From NCBI GenBank assembly GCA_963733465.1, contig CAVTDS010000001.1, positions 137,994-201,993 on the forward strand: a stretch of 64,000 bases of DNA. The letters are read 5' to 3'. Numbering within the stretch: position 1 is the first letter of the stretch; each line of letters begins with the position of its first letter. A model generated the notes under the pieces. It was not told the DNA's origin and did no database searches. It was given only the letters and a program-made list of their open reading frames with translations. A program made the translations under genes and the position numbers. Below are positions 46,171 to 55,190 of the stretch, piece after piece. This DNA comes from Bryobacterales bacterium. Its GTDB lineage: Bacteria; Acidobacteriota; Terriglobia; Bryobacterales; Bryobacteraceae.

Positions 46171-47804
46171 CAGAACTCCTGGGTCACTCGCAGAACTTCA
46201 TCGGCCGTGGAGACGCCCTGGTCCACTTTCATCCACCCGTCCTCGCGGAGCGAGCGCATCCCCAGGCGCCGCGCCGCCGTGGTCAAAGTGGCTGCGTCGG
46301 TCTTCGCCAGGATCAGGCCGCGCAGTTCGTCGTTCAACTCCATCAGCTCGAAAATGCCCACGCGTCCCTTATACCCCGAGCCGAAACAGCTCTCGCAGCC
46401 CGCGCCGCGGAAGGAGCGCACCGAGGTCCCGTCGGGAGCCATCCGCGTACCCGCCTGCTCTTTGCAGAGCGGGCAGATCAGCCGCACCAGCCGCTGCGCC
46501 AGCACCGCCACCACCGTCGAGCTGATCAGGTATTCCTCTACGCCCATGTCCACCAGCCGGGTGATGGCCGAAGGCGCGTCGTTGGTGTGCAGCGTGGAAT
46601 AGACGAAGTGGCCCGTGAGCGCGGCCCGTATGGCCACGTCGGCCGTCTCGCGGTCGCGGATCTCGCCCACCATGATGACGTCGGGGTCTTGCCGCACAAT
46701 GTGCCGCAGCCCCGAGGCGAACGTCAGCCCGATCTGCGGATTGACGTGGATCTGGTTGATCCCGTCCATCTGATACTCCACCGGGTCCTCGATGGTGATG
46801 ATCTTCTTGTCCGGCTGGTTGATGCGTTTCAGCGCCGAGTACAGCGTCGTCGATTTCCCGCTGCCGGTCGGCCCCGTCACTAGCAGTATGCCGTGCGGAA
46901 GCGAGGTGTAGTGCTCCATCCGGCTCAGCATGTGCTCGTCGAACCCGAGCCGGTACAGGTCGTAGAAATCTCCTGCCGAGCGGTCGAGCAGCCGCATGAC
47001 GACGCTCTCGCCATACAACGTCGGCAGCGTCGAAACGCGCAAATCCACCTCGCGGCCCATTACCTTGATCTTGATGCGGCCGTCCTGCGGCAGCCGGCGC
47101 TCGGCAATATTGAGCTTGGCCATCAGCTTCACGCGCGAGATGATGGCCGCCTTCAGCTCCCTCGGCGGCGGCTCCTGGTTGTAGAGCACGCCGTCCACGC
47201 GGTAGCGTACGCGAAACTCCTTCTCGAAGGGCTCGATGTGGATGTCACTCGACCGCTTTTCGGCCGCCTGCGCAATCATGGTGTTCACCAGCCGGATCAC
47301 CGGCGCTTCGCTCGCCATGTCGCGCAACTGCTCGAGGTCTTCCTCGGGAGTCCCGGCGGTTGCCTCGGCTTCGGCTTCCTGCTCCCGCTCGCCGTAGAAC
47401 CGGTCGATCGCGTCGAGAATCTCCGCCTCGCCCGCCAGCGCCGTTTCCACTTTCAGCCCCGTGAAGCCGCGTACCGCCGAAATGGTTTCGAAGTCGAGCG
47501 GGTCGGCCATGGCGATGGTCAGCGTGGAATCCGACGACGCGTAGGGCAGAAACCGGCACTGCCGCATGAACCGCGGCGCCAGGCCTTCGGCCTCCGGGAT
47601 CGCCGGAGCCTCGCCGTCAAAGGTCACCACGGGAATCCCAAGCTGCTCGGAAAGCGCGGCGAGCACGTCGCGCGCGGCCACGAATCCCAGGTCGATGAGA
47701 ACCTTCCCGATCTTCTCCCCGCGCTCTTTCTGCATTTCGAGCGCGCGCTCGAGGTCCTCGGGTGCGATCAATTGCCGCGCCACCAGCATCTCGCCCAGGC
47801 GCAC
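46170..47804 (-). CDS. gspE: T2SS ATPase GspE
   Basis: N-terminal T2SSE_N-like (RLGEMLVARQLIAPEDLERALEMQ). Walker A GPTGSGKSTT. Asp box. Walker B ...DPDVIMVGEIRD.... CxxC...CxxC tetracysteine. The GTG at 47804 lies 2 nt after the upstream stop. The track start (TTG at 47819) is the alternative. Confidence 0.92.
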   Translation of the reverse strand: MRLGEMLVARQLIAPEDLERALEMQKERGEKIGKVLIDLGFVAARDVLAALSEQLGIPVVTFDGEAPAIPEAEGLAPRFMRQCRFLPYASSDSTLTIAMADPLDFETISAVRGFTGLKVETALAGEAEILDAIDRFYGEREQEAEAEATAGTPEEDLEQLRDMASEAPVIRLVNTMIAQAAEKRSSDIHIEPFEKEFRVRYRVDGVLYNQEPPPRELKAAIISRVKLMAKLNIAERRLPQDGRIKIKVMGREVDLRVSTLPTLYGESVVMRLLDRSAGDFYDLYRLGFDEHMLSRMEHYTSLPHGILLVTGPTGSGKSTTLYSALKRINQPDKKIITIEDPVEYQMDGINQIHVNPQIGLTFASGLRHIVRQDPDVIMVGEIRDRETADVAIRAALTGHFVYSTLHTNDAPSAITRLVDMGVEEYLISSTVVAVLAQRLVRLICPLCKEQAGTRMAPDGTSVRSFRGAGCESCFGSGYKGRVGIFELMELNDELRGLILAKTDAATLTTAARRLGMRSLREDGWMKVDQGVSTADEVLRVTQEF

Positions 47805-47806
47805 GG

Positions 47807-48418
47807 TTAGAGCTCCCAAGTCTGGATTGCGGCGTCGAGCTGCTCGCGGCTGATGTGGCCGGCCTTGAAGTCGCTCAATGCCTGCCGCGGCGCCTCGATG
47901 ACGATCTGGCTCGGCATGCCCGTGCGATCTTCGAAGGACTGGTAGAAGAGCGTCATCGCGAAAACGACGCGCTCCTGCGGCGGCACCCGGTCGAGCGCCG
48001 CCCCCGCGCCTACCAGCGCATCGTGCATCCAGGTGCGCATCACCGCCAATCGCCGCTGCTTCCTCGCTTTCAGTGCCTGCAACTCGGCGCCTTTCGGCTC
48101 CGGCCGGAAAGGAGTGATGATCGTAAGCACCAGGTTGATTTCCGAGCTGAATACCACGCCATAACCCGGCAGGTACACGCCCCGCGTGAATCCCAGGAGG
48201 TCGATCGGTTCGTTGACGTTAATGGCCCGAATGCCGCCGTCCAGACTCTTCTCGACTCCGGCCACCGTCTGGCGCGAGACGCGCATCGTCTCGGCGGCGG
48301 AGAGCGCGGGCGCTACGGCAACCTTCGCGGCCGGAGTCTTCGATCCGGCCTTCTTCACTGGCTGGTCGGCGGCAACCAAGGCGGCGAGAAGCGCAAGAGC
48401 AAGCAGGATGGGCTTCAT
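47807..48418 (-). CDS. hypothetical periplasmic protein (203 aa) between the anti-sigma factor gene and gspE
   Basis: Signal peptide MKPILLALALLAALVAADQP. Its start overlaps the anti-sigma stop by 4 nt. I recognise no domain. Confidence 0.6.
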   Translation of the reverse strand: MKPILLALALLAALVAADQPVKKAGSKTPAAKVAVAPALSAAETMRVSRQTVAGVEKSLDGGIRAINVNEPIDLLGFTRGVYLPGYGVVFSSEINLVLTIITPFRPEPKGAELQALKARKQRRLAVMRTWMHDALVGAGAALDRVPPQERVVFAMTLFYQSFEDRTGMPSQIVIEAPRQALSDFKAGHISREQLDAAIQTWEL

Positions 48419-49002
48419 TGCCGGCCTCCGTATTCTGCGTTCGCCACCAACAGCCCGTTGTACTTCTTCTGCAGCAGCATGAGCGTTTCCTCAAATGCCA
48501 CGCGATCCGCGCGGCGCTCGAAATCGATATCCTTGCGCGTGGCGTCCACCAGCTCCGCGGTCTTCCGCGCCTGGCGCGCTTCGCTTTCGGCGACCGCCGC
48601 CTGAACCGCGTTATCGATGCGGCTGGCGGCCTCCTTGCGTACGCTCGCCTCGATCGCGGCGGTATCGACCGCCGGCCGGGGCTGGACCGCCACCGGCCGC
48701 ACGAAGGCGTGCACCAGGATGGCGATGGAAAGTACCGCGGCCGAGGCAAACCCCAGCCGCGGGGCCGAATTCCACCAAACCTGCCACCAGCGTGGCTCGA
48801 AAACTCTGTCCGAAACGAAGGCGATGCGGCGCGGCGGCTCTTCTTCGCGCAGCGAGTGAAGCGCCGCCTCGGTCAGCCGGAGCCGCTCCAGTTCTCCGGA
48901 GCACACCCGGCAGTTCTCCACATGGGAGCGAACCCGGGCGCATTCCGCTTCCCCGAGTTCGCCGAAAAGATAGTCTTTGAGATCAAAAGTCGAGCAGCTC
49001 AT
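48415..49002 (-). CDS. anti-sigma factor (zf-HC2 type, single TM)
   Basis: MSCSTFDLKDYLFGELGEAECARVRSHVENCRVCSGELERL contains the HxxxCxxC motif. TM segment LGFASAAVLSIAILVHAFV. The ATG overlaps the sigma factor stop (ATGA). Confidence 0.75.
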   Translation of the reverse strand: MSCSTFDLKDYLFGELGEAECARVRSHVENCRVCSGELERLRLTEAALHSLREEEPPRRIAFVSDRVFEPRWWQVWWNSAPRLGFASAAVLSIAILVHAFVRPVAVQPRPAVDTAAIEASVRKEAASRIDNAVQAAVAESEARQARKTAELVDATRKDIDFERRADRVAFEETLMLLQKKYNGLLVANAEYGGRQ

Positions 49003-49547
49003 TCGACACCCCGCGATGGGATTGGAGCCAGAGCCTCTTTCAATAGGTCGAGCGCCGTATACAGCCTCGACTTCACCGTCGACACCGGACAATCCAGCGC
49101 CTCGGCGATTTCCTCGAACTTGAACCCCTCATAGACCTTCAGAATCACGGTTTCGCGCTGGTCGGCGGAGAGGCGGTCGAGCGCCCCCGCAACGGCCATC
49201 GAAAGCTCCGCCCCGTACATCCGGAACCGCGACGGCGCGGGAGCGGATTCGGCGGGCAGCTCGTCCTCCGGCCGCCGGCTCCGGAAAAAGGAGAACGCCT
49301 CATTGTGGGCGATGCGAAACAGCCACGGGCCGAATCGCTCCGGATCTTCCAGCTTCCCGAGATTCTGATAGGCCTTCAAGAACACGTCCTGGCTCAAGTC
49401 GAGAGCGTCTTCCCGGCCGCGTACGAGGCGCAACAGATAATTGAACACGCGTTTCTCCCACCGGGAAACGAGGAGGTTGAAAGCCTCGACGTCCTTGCGG
49501 CGGGCACGCGCGATCAAGTCGCGGTCCTCGACCTCGCGGAAGATCAA
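48999..49547 (-). CDS. ECF (group 4) RNA polymerase sigma factor
   Basis: Region 2: ...FNLLVSRWEKRVFNYLLRLVRGREDALDLSQDVFLKAY...PWLFRIAHNEAFSFFR. Region 4: ...ETVILKVYEGFKFEEIAEALDCPVSTVKSRLYTAL. TTG start is preceded by GAAGGAG. Confidence 0.9.
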   Translation of the reverse strand: MIFREVEDRDLIARARRKDVEAFNLLVSRWEKRVFNYLLRLVRGREDALDLSQDVFLKAYQNLGKLEDPERFGPWLFRIAHNEAFSFFRSRRPEDELPAESAPAPSRFRMYGAELSMAVAGALDRLSADQRETVILKVYEGFKFEEIAEALDCPVSTVKSRLYTALDLLKEALAPIPSRGVE

Positions 49548-49649
49548 CTCTTCGGCTCCTTCTCAATGACGTTCGCGGGATGCAAAAAGTCTGCGCAACT
49601 TCATAGTGTAACGGACCGGAACGACGGTCCGGCTTTGTCGGGGGGCCAC

Positions 49650-50864
49650 TTAGGGCTTCGTTTGGTTATCCGCGGGCACGGGCGCCGGCGCGGCCGTCCC
49701 CTCTTGCGCTGTCCGCGGCCGGATCTTGCGAAGGCGCGCCCGCAGCCGCTCCGCTTCCGCATCGCGGTTCAGCAGCTTCAGCAGCTCGGCGTAGCGCTCC
49801 AGCACCATCCCCACCTGGACGCTGTCGGGCCGTATGCTCTTCTCCGCGATCTCCAGCGCGCGCTTGTAGACCAGCTCGGCCTGGTCGTACTTCTTCTGGC
49901 CCACGTAGACCGACGCCAGCTTGTCGTAGTTCGACAGGATGGTCTCTTCCCGGATCAGCACGGCCCGCTCGTAGAGCGGCTCGGCCTCGGCGAATTTCTC
50001 CTCCGCCACCAGGACGCCGGCCAGGTCGTCGAGCGCGGCCGCCACGGTAGGATGCTCCGGACCGACCGCCTTCTCCCAGATCAGCAGCGACCGCCCGTAG
50101 AGCGGCTCGGCTTCGGCGTACTTCCGCTGCCCGTAACAGACCCACGCCAGGTTGTCCAGGCTCGGCACCAGCTCGCTGTGATCCGGCCCCAGCGCCTTCT
50201 CGCGGATCGCCAGCGCGCGCCGGTAGAGCGGCTCTGCCGCCGCGAATTTCCCCTGATCCCGATACATTCCCGCCAGGCCGTCGAGCGTTGCGGCGACGCT
50301 CAGGTGCTCCATGCCCTGCGACCGCTCCCGTATCCCCAGCGCGCGGATGTAATAGGCTTCGGCGTTGTCGAACTTCGCCTGCACGGCATTGAGCGCCGCA
50401 AGATTCTCGAGCGTGGCCGCGACGTCGGGATGCTCACCGCCCAGCGCCTTCTCGCGGATCGCCAGCGCCCGCTGGTACACCGATTCGGCCTCGGCCCACC
50501 GCCGGCTCGCCATGTACAGAGTGCCCAAGCCGTTCAGGACCGTGACCAGCCGCGGGTCCGTGGGCCCCCAGGTGCCTTCCTGTATGCCCAGCAGCCGGTG
50601 ATAGTACGGCTCCGCCAGCATCGGCTTGCCCTCGGTGCGGTAGACCGTGATGAGCTGATCGAGCGTCGCCGCCAGCCGCGGGTCCTTCTTCTCGAAGCTC
50701 TCCGCTTCGAGCAACGCGGCCTGCAATTGCTTCTCGGCCTCTTCATAGCGCCCCTGCTCGTAGGCCGTCTTGCCCGCCTCCATCGCCGCGTCCCATCGGG
50801 GAGGCTGGTCCTCTGCCCAAAGCGCCAGCGCGGCCATCAGCCCGCAAATGAGCCTCACCTGCAT
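49650..50864 (-). CDS. secreted tetratricopeptide repeat protein (42-aa TPR_12-like repeats)
   Basis: Signal peptide MQVRLICGLMAALALWA. The unit ...AEPLYxRALAIREKALGPxHPxVAxxLxNLA... is repeated about 8 times. An alternative ATG lies at 50885. Confidence 0.8.
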   Translation of the reverse strand: MQVRLICGLMAALALWAEDQPPRWDAAMEAGKTAYEQGRYEEAEKQLQAALLEAESFEKKDPRLAATLDQLITVYRTEGKPMLAEPYYHRLLGIQEGTWGPTDPRLVTVLNGLGTLYMASRRWAEAESVYQRALAIREKALGGEHPDVAATLENLAALNAVQAKFDNAEAYYIRALGIRERSQGMEHLSVAATLDGLAGMYRDQGKFAAAEPLYRRALAIREKALGPDHSELVPSLDNLAWVCYGQRKYAEAEPLYGRSLLIWEKAVGPEHPTVAAALDDLAGVLVAEEKFAEAEPLYERAVLIREETILSNYDKLASVYVGQKKYDQAELVYKRALEIAEKSIRPDSVQVGMVLERYAELLKLLNRDAEAERLRARLRKIRPRTAQEGTAAPAPVPADNQTKP

Positions 50865-50897
50865 ACTCTTCCTGCGAGTATACATGTACGATGAGCT

Positions 50898-52238
50898 TTG
50901 GTGACGCCTAATTCCAAGCCCGCCCTGGCCCGCGAACTCGGCCTGCGCGATCTGGTCCTCTTCAACATCGCGGCCGTGGTGGGGGTTCGCTGGCTCGCCG
51001 CCGCGGCTCATGCCGGCCCGGATTCCGTCGGCCTGTGGCTCGCCGCCGCGGTGTTCTTCTTCGTCCCTTCAGCCCTGGCGGTTTCGCGCCTCACCGCCCG
51101 GTTTCCCGTCGAGGGCGGCCTCTACGCCTGGACCCGCAACAGCTTCGGAGACTGGCACGGCTTTCTCTGCGGATGGTGCTACTGGCTCAGCAACCTGTTC
51201 TTCTTCCCCAATCTGCTCCTGGCCGGGATCGGCATGGCGGTTTACGGCCTCGGCGCGAGCCACGCCGGGCTCGCCGACAATCGAACGTTCATGGTGACCG
51301 CGTCACTGGCGGTCCTGTGGATCGGAACGCTCACCAACCTGATCGGTCTGCGCGTGGGCAAATGGACCCAGAACGCGGGCGGCCTGGCAACCTATGCCGC
51401 GGGCCTGGTGGTCGTCGCCCTTGGCTTCGCTGTCTGGGCACTGCACGGCCCGGCCACGCCCCTCCACCTACATCCGCGTTGGGATTGGGGCCGCCTCAAC
51501 TTCTGGTCCCAGATCGCCTTCGCCTTCGGCGGCCTCGAGCTCGGCGCCGTGATGGGCGGGGAGATCCGCGACCCGGAGCGCAACGTCCCGCGCGCCGCCT
51601 GGATCAGCGGACTCGCCATCGCGGCGTTCTACATCGCCGGGACGCTGGCCGTTCTGGCGGTCCTCACCCCCGGCCAGGTCAACATCGTTTCCGGCCTGAC
51701 GCAAGCCGCCGCGTCTGCCGGGACCCGGCTCGGCCTGCCGCTGGTAGCCCCGTTGCTGGCGGTGCTCATCGCGTTCGGCATCACCGGCCAGCTCGGCGCA
51801 TGGATCGCCGGCAGCGCGCGCGTGCCCTTCGCCATCGGACTCGATCGCTACCTGCCCGCCGCCTTCGCCCGCCTTCACCCGCGCTGGAAGACGCCCCACG
51901 TCGCCCTTCTGAGCCAGGCCGTTGCCTGCACCGTCTTCCTTCTCGCCATGCTGCTGGGCGAAGACCTTCGCACCGGCTACCAGTTGCTGGTGGATATGAC
52001 CGTCGTCACCTATTTCATCCCGTTCCTCTACCTGTTCGCGAGTGCCGCACGCCATGGCCTGCGTCTCAGCGCCACCGCCGGATTGCTGGTGACCGCCGCC
52101 GCCATCGTCTTCTCGCTGGTGCCGCCGGACGGCGTGCCGTCCATCTGGCGTTTCGAAGCCAAGCTCACCGTGGGCTGCTTGCTCCTTGTCGCTGCCGGTA
52201 GAATTGCATTCATGAGGGGCAGGCGCGCCCAATCATGA
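50898..52238 (+). CDS. APC family amino acid permease
   Basis: ...RELGLRDLVLFNIAAVVGVRWLAAAAHAGP... About 12 predicted TM segments. TTG at 50898 or GTG at 50901 as start. Confidence 0.85.
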   Translation: MVTPNSKPALARELGLRDLVLFNIAAVVGVRWLAAAAHAGPDSVGLWLAAAVFFFVPSALAVSRLTARFPVEGGLYAWTRNSFGDWHGFLCGWCYWLSNLFFFPNLLLAGIGMAVYGLGASHAGLADNRTFMVTASLAVLWIGTLTNLIGLRVGKWTQNAGGLATYAAGLVVVALGFAVWALHGPATPLHLHPRWDWGRLNFWSQIAFAFGGLELGAVMGGEIRDPERNVPRAAWISGLAIAAFYIAGTLAVLAVLTPGQVNIVSGLTQAAASAGTRLGLPLVAPLLAVLIAFGITGQLGAWIAGSARVPFAIGLDRYLPAAFARLHPRWKTPHVALLSQAVACTVFLLAMLLGEDLRTGYQLLVDMTVVTYFIPFLYLFASAARHGLRLSATAGLLVTAAAIVFSLVPPDGVPSIWRFEAKLTVGCLLLVAAGRIAFMRGRRAQS

Positions 52239-53506
52239 ACTACGCGGAAGCGGTCGGATTCCTGTACTCGCTCGGCAATGAAGTGAAGGCCGCCAAGCTG
52301 GGCCTGGACCGCATGTCGGCGCTGCTTGACGCGCTCGGGAGCCCGCACCGTACCGGCGATTTCATTCACGTCGCCGGGACGAACGGCAAGGGTTCCACCT
52401 GCGCCATGATCGAATCCGCACTGCGCGCGGCCGGAGTCAGAACCGGCCTTTACACCTCGCCGCACCTGGCCGAGCCCTTCGAGCGCATCTCGATTGCGGG
52501 CCGCCCGGTGAGCCCCGAAGTTTTCGCCGCGGCCTTCGACCAGGTTCACGCGGCGGCCGAGCGCTTGCTCGCCACGGGCCAACTCGACCTGCATCCTACT
52601 TACTTCGAAACGGTCACCGCCATGGCCTTCGTCGCGTTTCGCGAAGCGCGCGTGCGGACCGCGGTGATCGAGGTCGGCCTGGGCGGCCGCCTCGACGCCA
52701 CCAACGTGGTGTTGCCGCGCCTTTCGGTGATCACGCCCATCGACTTCGACCACGAAGCCTTCCTCGGCAGCGGATTGAGCGCCATCGCCGAGGAAAAGGC
52801 CGGCATCCTGAAGCCCGGCGTACCGGCCGTTTTCGCAGCCCAGCGCCCGGAGGCCGCTCAAACCCTCGCCGCCGCCGCGTCCGCCCTCGGCATCCAGCCG
52901 GTCTGGGCCTCCGAATGGCGCATCGAGGACCTGGCCCTCTATCCAGGCGGAAGTTGTTTCACGTTGGTGGGGCCGCGCGAGTACCGCGTCGATTGCCCGC
53001 TCGCCGGGGAGCACCAGGTGGCCAACGCAGTGACGGCCGTGGTGGCGCTCCACCAGCTCGGCTTCCCCGCCGATGTGATCCGTGAGGGCATTCGACAAAC
53101 ACGCTGGCCGGGGCGTCTGGAACGCGTTTCCGCCACACCCGAAATCATTCTCGACGGCGCGCACAATCCCGCCGGTGCCCGCGCCCTGGCCGCCTACATC
53201 AACCGCTTCTTCGACGGCCGCCGCGTCTGGATCGTGTACGGCGCCATGCGAGACAAAGCCGTCGAAGAGATAGGCGCCATCCTGTTCCCGCTCGCCGACC
53301 GCGTCGTCGCTACCGCCCCGCAAATGGCCCGTGCCCTCCGGCCGGAGACCATCCGCGAGCTGACCGATCACGCGCACCTCGAAACAGCGCCAGCGCTTCA
53401 GGACGCCCTCGCCATCGTCCGCCGCGAAGCCGCCCCCGACGACGCCGTTTTCATCACCGGCTCCCTTTTCCTGGTCGCCGAAGCCCGGCGGTTATTGCTC
53501 GGCTGA
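52235..53506 (+). CDS. folC: bifunctional folylpolyglutamate synthase / dihydrofolate synthase
   Basis: ...IHVAGTNGKGSTCAMIESAL... (P-loop) and the Mur ligase family layout. The ATG overlaps the permease stop (ATGA). Confidence 0.9.
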   Translation: MNYAEAVGFLYSLGNEVKAAKLGLDRMSALLDALGSPHRTGDFIHVAGTNGKGSTCAMIESALRAAGVRTGLYTSPHLAEPFERISIAGRPVSPEVFAAAFDQVHAAAERLLATGQLDLHPTYFETVTAMAFVAFREARVRTAVIEVGLGGRLDATNVVLPRLSVITPIDFDHEAFLGSGLSAIAEEKAGILKPGVPAVFAAQRPEAAQTLAAAASALGIQPVWASEWRIEDLALYPGGSCFTLVGPREYRVDCPLAGEHQVANAVTAVVALHQLGFPADVIREGIRQTRWPGRLERVSATPEIILDGAHNPAGARALAAYINRFFDGRRVWIVYGAMRDKAVEEIGAILFPLADRVVATAPQMARALRPETIRELTDHAHLETAPALQDALAIVRREAAPDDAVFITGSLFLVAEARRLLLG

Positions 53507-53593
53507 GGAGCGCATTCTCCCGGAACCTTTTCGGTCCAAACAGCGTTAGGCTGTGTGTAAGAGGGTGTGACCGAAATTCCCTAGGAGATCCAC

Positions 53594-54154
53594 GTGACCA
53601 AAAGATTCTGCCTTCTGTTCGCCACTTTGGCTGCTGTTGCTCCGGTTGCAGCGCTCGCGCAGGCACCGGCGGCAGCGCCCGCAAACCCCATTTCCGACAG
53701 CGAAAAGCGCGTCTACACGATGCTCAGCGGAGTGGTCATCGCTGGGGCCGAGAAGATGCCCGAAGAGGACTATGCGTTCAAGCCGACGCCGGAGGTCCGG
53801 ACTTTCGGCCAACTGATCGGCCACATCGCCGACTCCCAATACTACTTCTGCTCAGCGGCTAGCGGCGAAACCAAACCCCCTAGCGACGTCGAGAAAACCA
53901 AGACCAAGAAGGCGGACCTTGTAGCTGCGCTGAAGGACGCGGTTGCCTATTGCAGCACGGCGTACGCCGGCATGACGGATGCGAAGGGCAGCCAGATGAC
54001 GAAGATGATGAATTTCGATTTCGCGAGGCTCACGGTGCTCGCAGTCAACTTCGCGCATACCTACGAACACTACGGCAATATGGCCACCTACATGCGGATC
54101 AAAGGGATCGTCCCCCCAAGCAGCGAGAAGAGCGCCAGCGCGGGACAGCACTGA
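53594..54154 (+). CDS. DinB-family protein with a signal peptide
   Basis: GTG start is preceded by AGGAGA. Signal peptide MTKRFCLLFATLAAVAPVAALAQA. ...FGQLIGHIADSQYYF...FAHTYEHYGNMATYMRIKG... is the DinB_2 His triad pattern. Confidence 0.8.
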   Translation: MTKRFCLLFATLAAVAPVAALAQAPAAAPANPISDSEKRVYTMLSGVVIAGAEKMPEEDYAFKPTPEVRTFGQLIGHIADSQYYFCSAASGETKPPSDVEKTKTKKADLVAALKDAVAYCSTAYAGMTDAKGSQMTKMMNFDFARLTVLAVNFAHTYEHYGNMATYMRIKGIVPPSSEKSASAGQH

Positions 54155-54226
54155 GCGCGGCGCAACCGGGCATGCAGACCGCCGTCTGCACCGGCGGCTC
54201 GTAGCGCCTGCGCAGTCAAGAGAGGG

Positions 54227-54256
54227 TTGACCCGGCCCAAGCGAATCGCGTACTAT
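54227..54256 (+). promoter_or_regulatory. candidate tacAT promoter
   Basis: TTGACC(54227-54232)-N18-TACTAT(54251-54256), followed by AGGAGAGGAG and the ATG at 54288. Confidence 0.35.
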
Positions 54257-54287
54257 TTGAATGTGTACAGAGGAGAGGAGCCGGGTC

Positions 54288-54566
54288 ATGCCCAGACGCG
54301 CCGTGGAAGACAATAACCGCATGTCGCTGCGGATTCCGGCCGAGGAGAAGGCAGTTCTTCTGCGGGCGGCGGCACTGCGGCGGACCGACCTGACGGACTT
54401 CGTCCGCCAGCACAGCTTGAGCGCAGCAAGGGTAGTGATCGAGGAATCGGAGCGCCTGGAACTCTCCGGCCGGGACAGCCTGCGCGTTCTGGCCGCGCTG
54501 GGGAACCCTCCCAAGCCAAACGCGAAGCTGTTGGCCGCGGCAAAGTCGCTGCCGAAACGGAAGTGA
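54288..54566 (+). CDS. tacA: DUF1778 (TacA-type) antitoxin
   Basis: RMSLRIPAEEKAVLLRAAALRRTDLTDFVRQHSLSAARVVIEESERLELSGRDSLRVLAALGNPPKPNAKL matches the DUF1778 pattern. Confidence 0.85.
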   Translation: MPRRAVEDNNRMSLRIPAEEKAVLLRAAALRRTDLTDFVRQHSLSAARVVIEESERLELSGRDSLRVLAALGNPPKPNAKLLAAAKSLPKRK

Positions 54567-55087
54567 ACGTCAAAACCTGGCACGAAGAGCCGATCGCCAA
54601 ACGACACGATCGGGACGCCTTCGACTGCGGCGAAACGGCCCTAAACGAATTCCTGAAGCGCTACGCCCGTCAGAGCCATGAGATGGGCGGCGCAAAGACC
54701 TTCCTGGCCATCGGCGGCGCGGACGGCAAGACGATTCTCGGCTACTACAGCCTGAGTCCCGCCTCGATTGCGTATGCCCGGACACCGGAACTCATCCGCC
54801 GCGGCCTGGCGCGTCATGATGTACCGGCCTTCCGGTTGGCTCGCCTGGCGGTGGATCTCAGGGCGCAAGGGCAAGGGCTGGACGGCCAACTGCTCCTGTC
54901 GGCGGGCAGACGATGTCTGCTGGCGTCTGCGGAAGTGGGTGGCGTCGCCATGCTCATCGATGCCAAGAACGCGACGGCCGCGGTCTGGTACGGGAGCTAC
55001 GGCGCTCTGCCGCTGCTGGACGCGCCGCTTTCCCTCCTGCTGCCGCTGGCGACCGTCGAAGCCGCCCTCAAGGCGGCCAGGAGGTGA
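54563..55087 (+). CDS. tacT: GNAT-family acetyltransferase toxin (TacT-type)
   Basis: ...HDRDAFDCGETALNEFLKRYARQ...GYYSLSPASI...FRLARLAVDLRAQGQGLDGQLL...AMLIDAKNATAAVWY.... The GTG start overlaps the tacA stop (GTGA). Confidence 0.85.
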   Translation: MNVKTWHEEPIAKRHDRDAFDCGETALNEFLKRYARQSHEMGGAKTFLAIGGADGKTILGYYSLSPASIAYARTPELIRRGLARHDVPAFRLARLAVDLRAQGQGLDGQLLLSAGRRCLLASAEVGGVAMLIDAKNATAAVWYGSYGALPLLDAPLSLLLPLATVEAALKAARR

Positions 55088-55088
55088 G

Positions 55089-55117
55089 GCTCGCCCCTAC
55101 TCCCCCGGCCACTTCCG
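55089..55117. repeat. copy A of a perfect 29-bp direct repeat (gctcgcccctactcccccggccacttccg)
   Basis: Read directly from the sequence. Identical to 55755..55783. Confidence 0.95.
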
Positions 55118-55154
55118 CAGTGAGTGACATTGGGCTCTCAGCCTGCCGCGTCCG

Positions 55155-55183
55155 TTGACTGTATATACACCAACCGTATATAC
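55155..55183 (+). promoter_or_regulatory. candidate brnTA promoter with two identical 8-bp palindromes (GTATATAC) as a putative operator
   Basis: TTGACT(55155-55160), GTATATAC(55161-55168), accaacc, GTATATAC(55176-55183). The second palindrome provides a TATATA/ATATAC -10 element 16-17 nt from the -35. Confidence 0.4.
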
Positions 55184-55190
55184 TGCCCAT

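Noticed and set aside
49560-49640. Search for an ECF-type autoregulatory promoter (GGAAC-N16-CGT-like) upstream of the sigma factor gene
   Set aside because: I found only a 7-bp hairpin (cggaccg/cggtccg), probably the terminator of the TPR gene. No element had convincing ECF spacing, so I make no promoter claim here.
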